From Callorhinchus milii (taxonomy: Eukaryota): 64,000 nucleotides of DNA. The position numbers were made by a program, and so were the translations under genes. The stretch is taken from NCBI RefSeq assembly GCF_018977255.1, contig NW_024704742.1, forward strand, positions 23,934,001 to 23,998,000, read 5' to 3'. The notes beneath the pieces are model-generated. The model ran no database searches. It saw nothing but the letters and a program-made list of their open reading frames with translations, and had not been told where the DNA came from. Shown one piece after another: positions 14,345 through 28,200 of this stretch (position 1 is the stretch's first letter; every line of letters begins with the position of its first letter).

Positions 14345-14742
14345 CATTTGATCAAATTCAAGATTCTCATGTTCAAATCTTTCCACGGCCTCACCCCACA
14401 CTACGTCTGTGGCCTCCTACAACCCTGCTGCCCCGCCCACTCCCTTTGCTCAGTGAACACGGCCTGTGTCATGTCCGCCTGCCCGTCCACTCCACCATCA
14501 GCGGGTAGGCTTTCAGTCATTCTGCCCCTGCTCTCTGCAAGTCCATCCTGGAGTCCCTCGAACTCACTAATTTCCCTTCTGCTCCACTTTCAAAGCCCCC
14601 CTTCAAAATGTTCCTCTTTGACCAGGCATTTGGTCAGCCTTCCCATCTTCAGCTCCCCACCCCACCCACCTCGGGTGCCTCATCAGCCATGTGCATTGAG
14701 ACATCCTCACGACGTGAAAGGAGCTTTATATACGTGAATTGT
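14345..14742 (+). mobile_element. L2 LINE 3' fragment
   Basis: IKFKILMFKSFHGLTPHY motif and L2-type tail; further L2 3' remnants at ~545-800(-), 3290-3575(-), 6530-6770(+), 19120-19340(-), 24100-24340(+), 25660-25870(+), 27560-27900(+). Confidence 0.75.
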
Positions 14743-15420
14743 ATCACAGAGCGTTCCAGTGATGTGGCACCTTATGAGCCTCTCATCACAGTCTGCATAG
14801 ACCCACACTCAGACCTAGGGAGAGTATGTGAAAGAGTAGCTGCCGTTACTCTCTGTATATTTGACTATGTACGCCTACATGTTCCCTTGCCTTTCCTTCC
14901 TTTCTTTAAACTCTGAAACTGAGATTAAAAAAGGGATTTTTTTTTATGAAGAGGTGATATATAAATGACATTTAAATTAGAAAAAATTGGATGAGAAGGG
15001 AGAACCATGCGAGTTTGGACAGGAAAATAAGATTATTGAGTGAATGATCATTTTGAAGCTCTGTTTTAACAATTAATTGCGAGCGGAGGATTTAAAGTGC
15101 ATTCTGGTTTTGACTAAAAATAGCATTACGTGGGAAGATACTTGAGGGGTCTAGTGTTATTCAACAGGAGGAGTTGTATCTCCTTCACTTCGCTATCCTT
15201 CCTGCTTCCCTTCTCCCAAGGAGACAACAGTGTTACTGTCTAGTACAGTATGGCAGATGTGCAACTAATGACAAAATTGTATCAGTCACCGTTTCAATAT
15301 GTTAAGCAAATAAGGAGATAAACTCTCTGCATTTAGTGAGACTCCAGAGTTTGGCTGCTTAAAGGGCCGGTGTCGTCATGGTAACATTGTGTCGCATGGT
15401 TACGTGGAGCAGAGGCAGCA

Positions 15421-15590
15421 ATAATAATAATAATCCTTGCATTTGATATAGCGCCTCATCACGTTTGAGACATCTCACAGAACATCCTGTAAAGTGAATT
15501 GACCCCGTGCTTCGTGGGCGAAACACGGCAGCCAATTGCGCACAGCAGTGTCCCACAAACAGTTGTGGATTGAATGACCACATTTGTTTT
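15421..15590 (-). mobile_element. SINE 3' fragment (shared A/B body and tail)
   Basis: Same body and tail motifs; similar fragments at ~16170-16320, 16622-16730, 26137-26255, 26473-26650, 40283-40450, 58225-58332. Confidence 0.8.
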
Positions 15591-15604
15591 CAATGACAAG
15601 ACAA

Positions 15605-15797
15605 GCAACAAAGAAATGTTACTGAAACAAAAAGAGAGAGAGCTGGGAAAACTCAGCAGGCCAGGCAGCAGCTATGAAGAAAGGAAAGTGAGTCAACGTT
15701 TCAGGTCCACGACCCTTCGTCAGAACCTGCTGAGTTTACCCAGCGACCTCTGTTTTTGTTTCAAGTTTCCAGCATTGGCAGTATTTTGTGTTTTGTT
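15605..15797. mobile_element. Penelope-like-element-derived hairpin repeat (shark-type) with hammerhead motif
   Basis: 38-bp imperfect inverted arms (15623-15660/15726-15763) around CTGACGA...GAAACGTT on the minus strand. Confidence 0.65.
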
Positions 15798-17086
15798 CAA
15801 AGAAACATTACTGTTTATTCCTACATACTTGAGGGTTACAAATCTATTATTTGTAAATAAAAGGAAAAATTAGTAGTTCAGTCAAAGCAGCTCACTTTGC
15901 TCCCATAGAAGCGGGTGATGCAGGCAGGACCTGCCCCACGACTGAGCTGCTGAACTCAGACACGGTCACCATAAGATGTTGCTGAGCGCAGTCCACATGC
16001 CTCCCCATGAGGAAACAAAAGTTTCCCTAAGTCACTCTTGCACTTTTCCTAGCAGCCACCTCAAAATAGCACTGATCAAGGCTTCAGAGCAGGTCAGCTC
16101 CCTCCTGCCTTGTACAGGAGTCAGGCAGAAACACACATTTTCTGTCTTACAATACAATACATCCAATCTTTAACAAAGTGCTTTTCATTGCAGGAGGACG
16201 TCTCGGAACGCTTTGCAGAATTCACTGTTAAGTGTAGCGACTGTATTTTGTAGGTGAGCGTGGCAGCCAATTTGCACTCAGCAACGTCCCACAAACAGTC
16301 ATGAAGTGAATGACCAATTCTATCTAGGGGGATCCAAAAAGGAAAAAAAGCAGTTCCAATGTTTTGCCCCAATTGGAAGGTATTTCCCTTAAATAATTGT
16401 CTAGTAGTTAATCAGAGGCCTGAAATTTATCATAGTCTTAGCCTTAAGCCAATTTGTCCTAAACATTTAAGGTGATGCAGAATCTGGGGGGAAAAAGAAA
16501 CTGGTTTTGAAATTAAGACTGAATTGAAGAAACGTCCAAAATTCTGCACAGTCATAAATTTTAACAGAATGGCTTTAAGACTAAGAACATAAGAAAGTTC
16601 AGACCACAGATCTCCAACCAATGATAATAATAATCCTTGCATTTGATATAGCGCCTTATCTTTGAGACGACTCAAAGTGCTTCACAGAATATACTGTAAA
16701 GTGAATTGACTGTATATTTTCTGGGCGAAACCAATAAGTTAGTGAAGAATTCCAATGGCTCCGTCAGTGCCCTAAGACCAAATAAAGCAGCTTCACTGAG
16801 TCTCATCAACCAGCTCAGTGCAGCTCACACCTGGGAACATATAGCTCTGCACTGCGTCGCAGAGTCCCTAATCATTCAGAGAGTCTTGCAGTGTCAGCCT
16901 TAACTGTGCAATTTCTACACCTCAAGGAACTGGATACTGTTTTTTGCAGAAGCAAACAAGAGCACGACACAATGCTCTGATTTTCAGAATTCCCCCACAG
17001 CTGCCCCCACCCTCAACCCTGCAGCAACTTCCACTGACAACTCCCAAGCTGCCTGAAGCAACTGTGTAACATGTCTAAGCAAATGA

Positions 17087-17842
17087 CAGTAGAAACCCAG
17101 TTTGCGGTCACCTCGGTAATGCAGCCACCTCACAATTACGGCACGTTTTCACAGTCTCTTTCATTGTCCATGTTAAAGATCGGCTGCCTGCTTCAGTAAA
17201 CCGGGCACCTCACTATTCAGGGCAACGGTCATTGATTGCGGTCGCTACAGCGTCAGCGCCCTCCTCCGCTTCAAACACCGTACAAACAACCCCCGCCCCC
17301 CACACTACTAACCTGTACACAGTGTGCTAGGTCTCGGGCTTCTCATGCTGTTTCCTCAATGCTGTTACTGTGACCGGAGTGGGCTCTGGTTGCGTACGTG
17401 TGACGCGGGGAGCGTTGGGATCGCGGAAGCTGCACGAGCGGAAAATCGACTTTGCCCGGCGCCCGCGGCCTAACCTGAGCTCCTGCGGCCAATTCTTGGT
17501 AAGTGCTGTAAACATGCCACTACGGAAGGAGTTGTCCTGACGTGAGAGAGTGAACTTAATCAAACACAGTGGGGGCAGCAGTCAGACAGTTAGCTGCGAT
17601 CTGTGGCATTGACCAACACAAGTTGGATGCCTTCTGAAAAGGAAGGCTGAATACATGACAGCTTTTGTTTTAAATGTGACAATGCCTTTATTTTAATGAG
17701 ATCCCCCCTGCCTATTACCAATGCCCTTAACATTACATCAGTTGACCTGAATCACCCGATCCGTTTCAGTAATCAGGTCACCTCATTAAGTAGGTCACTT
17801 TTGCCCAGTCACTTGAGTGACTGGATTAGTGGGGTTCTACTG
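17087..17842. mobile_element. Non-autonomous pogo/Tigger-like (Tc1/mariner superfamily) DNA transposon relic
   Basis: TIRs CAGTAGAAACCC (17087-17098) and GGGGTTCTACTG (17831-17842), 11/12 match; TA on the right flank (GA on the left); subterminal GGTCACCTC repeats at both ends. Confidence 0.7.
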
Positions 17843-20456
17843 TAATCTTCACAGAAATCTTCCTCATCTATTGCTGTGGCCCATTTCCTTAAGGCATTTG
17901 TAAGTAAAATACCTGTGTTTTGAGGTGAGGTGGCTACCAGACTTTCTGTCGCTTTACAAAAAATGAAATTGATCTCACATCATTCTGCAAGTCGCACTGA
18001 CTTGAATGCACAGTGGCTGATGGATACTGGTGATCTTGAAATTTCCCTCAGGACTTGCTGCTGTCATATTTGTTTCATTGATTCTTCTGACATGCACTGT
18101 TTTCAAAGGTTTAGACTTGATAAGCAGATCTTTATGACCTGTGTGAGGAGTTAACAGAGAACTTGGAATGTCACAAATTATACACTGTAGGCCCAGTGAT
18201 GGGGACTGCGGAGCTCACCTTGTCTGGTACTAGCATTTTACAATCCCTCCAGAACAATTGTAGGGCATCGGGCACTCAGCAAACACTTTACTCAAGAGGG
18301 CGTAAGATTAGATCAGCTTCCCAACATTCCCTCCCCAGGAACTGAAAATCCTGGAGGGATTTTATGCTATTGTTGCATTTCCCAATATCAGTGACACTAC
18401 AATGCTCTCTGGAACCCAGCAGTAGCTGTTCAGATCACTTGTCACAGACAAGTCCTCCAATCTATCACACTTCAGCTGCTGGCATCTTTCTTGTATGTTT
18501 TTCACGGAAAAAGATTACGACATTGCTAAACTATGTATGATTTAATCACAACAAACGTCTTTCACGTACGATGAATGTCTTAAAGAATTTCACAATGATG
18601 GTGGGGATCAAAGAGCACGGAGGAAGGAATAGGGTTGACACTGACCTAGCCCCCCTTTTTTTAAAAAAACTGCTTTCCGTTTACCAGTACACAAAAAATT
18701 TAATGCGCCTTTTTTGAGCAAATCACCTGTTAATGTCGCAATTCGCGTTTTCATTCAAATCTCAGTTCTGACGATTCATGCAATTACTATCTATTCAAGC
18801 ACACTGAAGTTCCCTTGGTCTAATGAGCAGCTTGAATAGATACAAATTGCATCCATTCAAACTGCACATAATCGATCCTGTAGTGTAGAAGAAAATAAGT
18901 CGGAAAGACCTGAGCAGAGGGCCTGATGGGCTCCGGGTGCTTTTCATGTCGATGGCAGCTTTTTTTGCGTCTCAGAGGTGGTAAACCCCAGGAGGGAACG
19001 AAGAGGACATTAAGGGTGTCTGATACATGTGGAAACCCATCACCACGCTTAAGAGTATCCAAACCAAACTGAGAATTCCATGCATCTCATCTACACATGG
19101 AAATCCCAGAGATGTTTATTCAAAGCACAGTCAGAAATAGGTTTTTAGGATGGTTTTAAATGCAGGGAAAGAAGGCCCAAGGCAAAAGGATTTTGAGTGA
19201 AGAGTTCCAGAGAGCAGGCGTATAGTAGATGAAGGCTTGGCAACCAATAGTGGGATAGGGAGAGTGAGGAAACAGTGAGCAGAGGTTATGGCAGGGAAAT
19301 ATAGCTGAATAGATCACATATTGTAATGAATGAGACATCAAACCAGAGGTCTTGAACTAAACGTTGTATATATACATACCTCACTACCCTGTCTTCAAGA
19401 TCACAAGGCACCATGATTTAGATGTGTGTTTAGGCAAAGCTAAAACATCAGAGGTGAGAAATTCAACCAGGGACTAAATTTACTCCATGTAGGGCTTTAG
19501 AGCGTACAGAATTTAACCAAATGTCGAATTAATTTTGAAGACGGTTCTTTGAAGATGGTTTGCTGTAGATCTTAAAGGAAACTTACAGCAAAACAGTTTT
19601 GAAATGAAGGCTGTATTTAACAATTTGCTAAGTCTTGGACGCTGCACAATGCTGGGAAAATAGAGTAGATCTAGACCCAGGTGGAATTTCTCCAAAGTTA
19701 TTGTTCTACTCTGAATCAATAAATAACTGTGTTGACAAGGGTTGGATGTGTCAGAAAATTCTTTGTAATAATTGAGGACAGATGATCAAACCAAACAAAA
19801 CTCACTGCTGTCTGCAGTCTGACAGATGGGGTGTTCTTGAACAAATATAATCTATTTTTCAAACACCTCCAATAAGAAATACCCACTCTTGGAAACAAAC
19901 TGCATCCATATGAAGCAATAACTACAGAATTGAAGGCAATAGTCTCTTTGTCATATTTCGATTCACAGGACATCACTGGGCATTAATGTTTTAGAATTAT
20001 CCGTCAAGGTTTGCGTAGTCCAATATTTAGATATCTTTGAAGAATGTTAGTAAGGCCCTCAATGTTATGTGTTTAAACAAGTAACTGAAGGACAACATCA
20101 GTGCAATGTCTCTTGCCCATAAACACTCAATATAGCTTGACAGACTTCAGTTGCAGCTTAACAAATTCAGTAACAATATGTATGCAGGAGCTGAAGGTGC
20201 AGTAAATCTCTGGGAGGTTTTACAAGTGGATAGTGCACAACTGTTATACATTTAATACTTTTGCTTGCTTCAACGTTCTTACAGTTGATGCTTATAGGTA
20301 GAACCTTGTCCAATATGAACAGAAGCTCAGCTCCTTCTAATGCTTTACTCTTGTAGCATTATATGAATACTGCTGTGTACCAGAAGGCTAAAACTGGTAC
20401 ATGACGCATTGCCTCTCGTGTGATGTCAGTCTATTCTATTTACTGTACAGTTAGTT

Positions 20457-20706
20457 GGGTGACCATATTTGTAAACCAAATCCAGGTCACACATATCCAC
20501 ACAAAAAAAAATGAAATCACCACAATTCCTGAGAAGTGGAGAAGGCTGTTGGATTAATGGCTGTATTTCCCAAATGAGTGTATCTGTTTTAGAATTTTAT
20601 TGTTATTGCTCAGTTTGTTGCTGAACTCAAGACAGGACAGATTTAGCCCCAGGGACACAATACCTCATCAGGCTGTCCCCGGAAATCGGAGATGTATGGT
20701 CACCTT
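20457..20706. mobile_element. hAT (Blackjack-like) MITE relic
   Basis: Perfect 10-bp TIR GGTGACCATA (20458-20467) / TATGGTCACC (20695-20704); no TSD preserved. Confidence 0.6.
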
Positions 20707-22603
20707 GCTGGGCAGCAACTTCGGCCTATCTTGCTCTCATACTCCTGGTCTCCTCCTCAAGCTTCGCTCTCCATCAAGAACTCAAGCTTCTCCAGAAACA
20801 GCTTCCTGAAAGAATCCTCTGCACCAACCCTCAGGGAACTAATATCCTAGATAAAGATCAAAGAATGCTTTCCACATGTTCCCAATTAACACAGGAGCAA
20901 GGTGTGGATGGCACGTTACACATGAAGGCAGGATGTACAAAATCCGAGGTGAATACACACGTCCCTCCACAGAGAGATATAAACAATTTATCAAAAGGCT
21001 TCTTGTTAATTGCTTCAGAATCTTTACATCTATTCAAGGAAAGGAATCACAGGGAAGCACATATAAACAAATCAATAAATCTATCTGCTACTTAGACCAA
21101 AGACATCATTTGAACATTAGAAAGCCTGACCTTTTAGATCAAAGAACCAAGGGTTTCTGCCTTGTCACCACTATCTATTGTTGAAGGGTGAGCAGTGCAT
21201 TGAAGGTGCTGAAACGTGCTGGGATACAGGATGTTTCAGCACCTTCAGTCACAATAGCCTTGTGGTACTTTTGCAAGTGGAAATCCTTCACGATTGAGCT
21301 TGAACAGTGTACGTCAACTCTTAGGATCTGCACAGCTGACCCGGCTTGTCCTGACCAAATGTACATTCTATCTTTAAGGGGACCAACCCTTTAACTAAGG
21401 TTTACTCAGCCCCCCCCATCCCCTTTCCCCTATGGGGTCCCTGGAATCCCAATCTGAAACATAAAGACAGGACCCGCATTTGCTTGCAGCCAAACGCTGA
21501 GGAGTACCTGATAACAACAGGATTTCAGGCAAAAGACAGGAAATACTGAAGTCACGTAATGTCTCACGAGTCCCCAGGCAAGGTCAGCTAAGTGAGCACA
21601 GTGCAGGGATAAAGCTGAGGCCTTTTCTGGTCTGTGTGACTGTATAACTCCAGCATGACAGCCTTGACACTGCTCCTGTCTCTCTAGTCAATTCCCAGAG
21701 AGAATTTTCCCTGAGCTGCCTGGATGTCTGTTTTGGCGGCTGCAGTGAGCTTGTCTCGGAGGTGATTGCGTAATGCCATTTGCAGCTACGGGATGTCAGT
21801 GGCAGGGTTGCGGTAAGAAGATACAGTCCAAGGCAAGCTTACAGAGCAATTGTGGGTGACAGAGGATGTTGTGTCCAGAATGTTGACACTATCTGATGGC
21901 TACATGGATCAAAGACAGTGCTGCACAGGTCTGTGGTGCAGGACGATGTCTTCTCAAAATACAGAGCAGAGCTCAACACTTCTCAGCTCCATCTCATCTT
22001 CAGCCCATCCCATCTATCTTCCTCGCTTCTTTCGGTACCTACCATCCACCTAGTGAGGGACGAAACCTGCGTTTGTCAGATGTCAAACAACCAGCTAGTG
22101 ATTATCCTCCTTGGGGAGTAGTGGTGAGGGTCTCCTTGAAGCTGAACTGGCTCCCAGGTGACATGTTTGGCAACGAATTGTCAGAACCGAGCCAGCCCTC
22201 TGTGGCAGTCTCAATAGACCAGTTCCTGAGCCAGGTGGGTCCGCAGTATTCCAGGGCACTGCTGATGACAGCCTGACTCATTGGGTGGGGGGGGGGGGGG
22301 ACTCGGAAGAGCAGACCAGGACTGGGTGCAGGGAATCATCTCACTCAGCTCCTGTTAACTCTCCAAGCCAAAGCCTTAATGGGTTAGGATGGTTCTAGCT
22401 GGACGACAATGGGAAAGCTTGCCAGACAACACTCTCAATGGCAAGTTACGTGGTGTTAACTGATTAGACTCCAGCAGTTACCCCAACGCACACTCTGGGC
22501 TCCCAAGCCTTGACTCTTGCCAACCTGCGCCTAATATTTTCCAAAATTAGGTAAGCAGGATGTGTCCCTCCAGGGAGAGAGTGCCATTCCATTCCAATAA
22601 CAT

Positions 22604-22972
22604 AGAGTCCTGTAGCTTAGTAGTTAGAGCACTTGCCTCGCAAGTGAGGGGACCTGGGTTTGATTCCCGGCAGGGCAAAACATTAGACATGTTTCTTTAT
22701 TCCATGTACCTCCGTTTATCTAGCAGTAAATAGGAACATGTTTGCTAGTTGATTGAGGGTTCACTTTCTGAGGTTAATAATCCCTCCCCCCAAAAAATTT
22801 GGTCACTTCAATCCACAACTGTTTATGGGATACTACTGTGCACAATTGGCTGCTGTATTTCGCCTACAACATACACAGTCAATTCACTTTACAGTATATT
22901 CCGTGAAGCACTTTGAAATGTCTAGAAGACGTAAAAAGCACTATATCAAATGCAAGGATTATATTATTATTA
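22604..22972 (+). mobile_element. SINE family A (long variant)
   Basis: GAGTCCTGTAGCTTAGTAGTTAGAGCAC head, shared body, CAAATGCAAGGATTAT tail. Confidence 0.85.
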
Positions 22973-23647
22973 TAGAAAGCATGCAAGAAGGCACATAGGG
23001 AGAGAACGGAATCAGGCTTGATATAGATGCACTTCCCCCACCCCTTCATATGAACAGTATGACAATACTGTCTGAGATCACACGTGAAGATTGGCGACTT
23101 GGGTGAGATTTCAGGTGATGACTAGCCCCAAGGAATCTTACCTAGAAAACATTCGCACCTTCAGGAGAGGAGGGTAGAAAAACAGAAGAGGGGGAAGAAT
23201 ATTATCTGAATTATTCAAATATTCGAATAAAAATATCAAAGACCTTTGAAAAAAACAACTCAGCATGTTTTATGTAAAAGAATGAACTTTAGCCACGTAT
23301 GTACCCTGTTATATATGGATTTCCACTGTGTATTCAAATGGTGTTTCACATTTTCAGCAGGTTGAAGGCTTGATTCACATAAAATATATATGGGGTCTGA
23401 AAATGAGAAATCACAAATGGATTTTGTTGGATTAATTGCCGTGGTTTATGAATATCGGACTAGGAGATTTATGGGGAGATCCACAAACAGCGAGTCACAA
23501 GTCCCAGGCTGGCAAAATCCAGAATAAGGCAAGAGAGCAAAATGCCATTTTGGAAATCTCACAACCCAGTATTAGCAAAGGATAAACTGTATCTAATGTG
23601 TTCTTGCAATATGTAACCCTATACAGGGAGAAGTAGGTGTACCTTCT

Positions 23648-23950
23648 AATAATAATTCTTGAATTTGATATAGCGCCTTATCACATCGTTGAGACATCTC
23701 AAAGTGCTTCACAGAATATTATTGTAATGTGAATTGACTGTGGTTTGGTAGTTTGGTAGACAAAACATGGCAGCAAGTGCACACAGCAGTGTCCCACAAA
23801 CAGTCATGGAGTTAGTGACTACACATTTTTTGAGGGGTTTCTTACCCTCAGAAAGCAATCCACCAATTGGCTAACAACTGGGATCCCACTTACTGCTAGG
23901 TAAACAGAAAGAGACATGTGGAGTAAGGAAACTTGCCTAAGGTTTCACCT
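23648..23950 (-). mobile_element. SINE family A (long variant), 5'-truncated
   Basis: Shared body and tail plus AGGCAAGTTTCCTTACTCCAC. Confidence 0.8.
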
Positions 23951-26900
23951 TGCAATAAGCATGTTATTATTTAATACCTACCACATTTATCTACAAAATA
24001 CAGTCATTGCACTTTATAGTTCTAGATATTACGTGAAGTGTTTGAGAGATGTCCTCCAAATGTTAAAGGCATAATATCTAGTGTAAGGGTTACTATTATC
24101 TAACCATCCCTGCCGTCTGCATGCCACCACAGCAGCTGAGCCTTCAGGTTCTATGCTCCTAACCCCTGGAACTCCCTCCCGTCTCACCTTCTCTCTATTT
24201 GTCTCACCTTCTCTCTATCGGTCTCTAAGTCCTGCTTTAAATGCTATCTCTTCACCTGTGCAAGGGTCTCCTCCTCCCCCTTGCTCGGCATCTGTTCAGC
24301 ACTCTGAGATATTACCCTACATGAAGAGCATTGCATAGGTGCAAGCGCTGCTGCTACTGACTGGTCTGCCCTCACAACTCCTGCCGATAAGCCAGGCTGG
24401 TTGGGCTGTTACCAGCAGTGACCTGGAATACTGCAGACCTACTGGATCAGGAACGGGTCTACCTAGACCACCACAGAGGGCTGGCTTGATTCCGATATGC
24501 CATTGCTAAACATGTCACCTAGTTGCCAGTTCACCGCCAAGGAGGATAGAAAACTCCATCACTAGAACAAGTAGCAATGCTGTGTTTTAAAATAGAAGTC
24601 CCACTCATGAGCTGACGCAGTTTGATTTGTTATTGTTATTTTTTCCTCTTTTAAAAGCTGCAGGCCTGAGCACATAAAAAGCAATGAAGCCCCTAATCAT
24701 CGCTTGCACTAAGAATGTTCTCTTTGCTTTGTTTACAATCAGACTGTCAAGTACCAGCAGCAGCAGAGTGGACAAATCAATTCCCATCACTTTGAACTTA
24801 GCCTGTGGCAATGTAGCTGATGTAATGAGATAATATGCAAGTGTAGACAGAGTGATCAAAACTGGTAGGGTCTACTCTGATACTTACTCAATGGCCACTG
24901 CTTTCTGTGTCAGATACCCTCTTCCATTCACAAAGCAGCTGCCAGCCTGGCTTATGATTGATGGAATATGTTTAAGCTCATATAACTGGTTTGGTTATAT
25001 TTTACATTTTGGTGTAACATGCAGTTTAAACTTGGGTCACACTCTCTTTCCATCACAATTGTCCTAATAAAGGATAAGGGGAGGGGGGAAGGGGCTAATC
25101 ATCACTTCCAGAGAAACAACATAGGAACAGGAAGAGGCTATTTGGTTCATTGAGCCCGTTCTGCCTGACGATTAGATCAGGGGATTGTTTAATTGTATTA
25201 GCCAGCCTTTTCTCTGTATCCCTTAATAGCTTCACTTTCCAAGCAGCTCTTACCTCCTGGGGCACGAGAGTGAGATCCACACAAGAAAATATAAAGTCAT
25301 TCAATGTGCAGACTTGCAATCTAAAATTTGGACCAGTGAATATTGTTTCATGTGGGAGGAGGTTCTTGCACAAGGAAGCGGAGAGGTTTGAAAGAATGTC
25401 TTCTCCTAGAGGGTTGTCAGTGTTTTGTGGAACAAATGATTTTCCAGGGATGGCTGTCAGACCAGAGTGGTTTGCATTTTGAAAAAGATTTAGAACAGCC
25501 ATATGCCGAAGAAGAGTATTAGAGGGTGAATGGGAGTAGCAGGGAACTGAGATTAGAATGGATGGCTTCTTGCAGGAGCATATACTGGTATGAAAAAATG
25601 GCCCTATTGGCCACCTAGCATGTTATAATATTCTGTAGTTCGATGGTGTGTTAGGGAGATGCCTATTACCAATTCTGGAACTCTGCCTCAATTCCTCCGA
25701 CTAGCCTTCCTTTGCCTGTCTTCAGAGTACATCTACAGACCTTTGTCTTTGACTGTGCCTATGGTCACCTCCCCTTACTCCCCAACTTGGCATTCAAGCT
25801 CCATGACTAATAAGCGCTCAGAGACACTACCCCACATGAAGGGTGCTATATAAATGCAAATTGTTGTTGTTGATGTGGGTCACATCACTGTCCTTTTAAC
25901 TGCAGGAACAACATTTTATTATTTTTGGGGGCTAAGATTAATGTAGTTACAGCACAAAACCTGGATTTGTGCTGCAAATCTTTGACTATTGGGAATGAAC
26001 CATAAGGAGGCTTGGTGGGCTGAATGAACCATTCCTTTTCCTTATGCAGATGGTCTAGATAGCAGTGTCATCAAATAATCAGGTGCAGATTCCTTGGCCA
26101 GGACCTAATCTCCACTTATTACAGTACAGGTAACAAATAATAATAATCCTTGCATTTGATATAGTGTCTTCTCACATCGTTGAGAAGTTTCAAAGCGCTT
26201 CACAGAATATAGTGTAAAGTGGATTAACAGTGACTGTATATTTTGTGAGCGAAATACAACAAAGAATGAAATAGAAAGTGTTGCTAAAGGGTTCAGCTCT
26301 TCAGCATGGAGGGAGCTGGATGGATTCACTCACAGATGTTGCATCTGCAGTAAATCTGTGACGCTCCTCACACAAGTTAATATTCATGCGCTACGTCACA
26401 TTTAGCCTGTAGTGAATGTTAAGTGGAAAAATGTCTTCATTTATCATACTTTAGAATGGCAAAACCTGGATATAATAATAGTCCTTGCATTTGATATAGC
26501 GCCTTATCCCATCGTTGAGATGTTTCAAAACGTTTCACAGAACATATTGTAAAGTGGATTGACTTGGTAATTTATGGATGAAACACAGCATAGCGATTGC
26601 ACACCCCAGTGTCCCACAAATGGTTGTGGATTGAGCGACTAATTTTTTTTGTATAACATAAAAACTCTGCACTGTTACAAGGTATAGAAAGTAATGGTAC
26701 AGCCAGAGAAATCTCCAAACCAACCACCCACTGACTGAAATTCCATTCTAGACACAAGAGAAAGGCTCTGAGCTCCACACATTGTCAACAAGATGAGAGT
26801 GATTGGTGCAGTATTGATGTTCCGGCACTAAAAGACTCAGTGAGTAGGTACACACTCGAGCAGCTGAAGATGCTGAGAGCAGAGCATAGCTTTCCTGCAC

Positions 26901-28200
26901 TAACCGTTTCACCACATGGGCAACTTGAATCCACTATTACACTGATTGTATGTACGTACATAAATCCCCCGATTCAGAATCTTGTACCTGAAAGCGAATA
27001 GAAGAGCAGGATGATTTTATAAGCTTTTCCTTTATTCTTTTCCTCTTCCGAACCTTGTGCTGTGCTCCTGATGCCCTCTGATCTCTTGCTTCAGCATCTA
27101 TTCTTCACGAGTGAGTCTCAGCTGCTGGTGTTACCTGGTGATATGGCCATGGTTGCATCTCAACCAAGTTAGCTGCTGCCTCCATACGTGTACACTTTCC
27201 AGCTGGATAGAGATCAGGAGCAGGAATCCATCTGATATTCCCCACAGGCCAATTTTACCATCCCACACCCCTTCCCACAATCCACCCATAGTGCTGCAGC
27301 AGCTGAGATAAGCTAAATCTCCATGTTGCAGTGAATAAAACTCAGGAAAATCTTGGCCCAGTTCCACACCAGGCAATGGCTTCACGAACTGAGGCCTCAG
27401 GAGAGCTTGCTTCATTCTTAAGATTTATAAGATATAAAATTCTAATGAATATTTTGCTTCCTTTTGTACTAATATGTTCTGTGCCATTTTTTTCTCATTG
27501 ATCTTCCTCCAATTACCTGTCAACCTATCCTTTTCAATCGAGTTGGTACCAAAACATCCCCCACCCTGCCTGCCCCCACCATCAGCGGTCAGTCTTTCAG
27601 CCTCTCCGTCCCCACCATTTGGAACTCCATCCCATAGTCCCTACGCCTCGCCTCCTCCCTTGCCTTGAGACGCATTCCGGCGTGGAGGGCGCTATATAAA
27701 TCCAAGTTGTTGTTTTGTTGTTGCCTACTTCAAGGCCTGACTCAAGACCTTCCTCTTCGACTGCACCTTCAGTCACCCTCATACCCATACCCTCCACACC
27801 CTCTTGATTCCAACCACCAGTTTGGGGGCAAATCTTGACTGTCCGATGCCTTGGGATGTCCTCCCGACGTGAAAGGTGCTATACAAATGTAATTTGTTGT
27901 TGGCGTTGTTGGGTGAAGCAGGCTGCATCCCCTCTCAAGGCCAACATAGTTCTGGCTTCTGCCAACAGGAGTCAACTTGTGAAAGGGATAAGGCAGATGT
28001 CATCAAGATTCGACTATCCTCCAATGTGGACATCACCAGAAGTCAAGGATGTCTGGAACAGCCCAGTTCTGGGGCAGTCCCTGCTAGCGTAATGGGTAGT
28101 TGTAGCTTACAGACCAGGAGCTGGTTCAAACCCTTGTTGTGCTGAGTTTGCTGGTCTCAGCCGGGGCTACATACAACTACAATAACAATTATAACAACAA

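Noticed and set aside
21700..22425. Possible TIR-bounded element with 126-aa ORF
   Set aside because: Terminal similarity is weak and the ORF has no transposase motif
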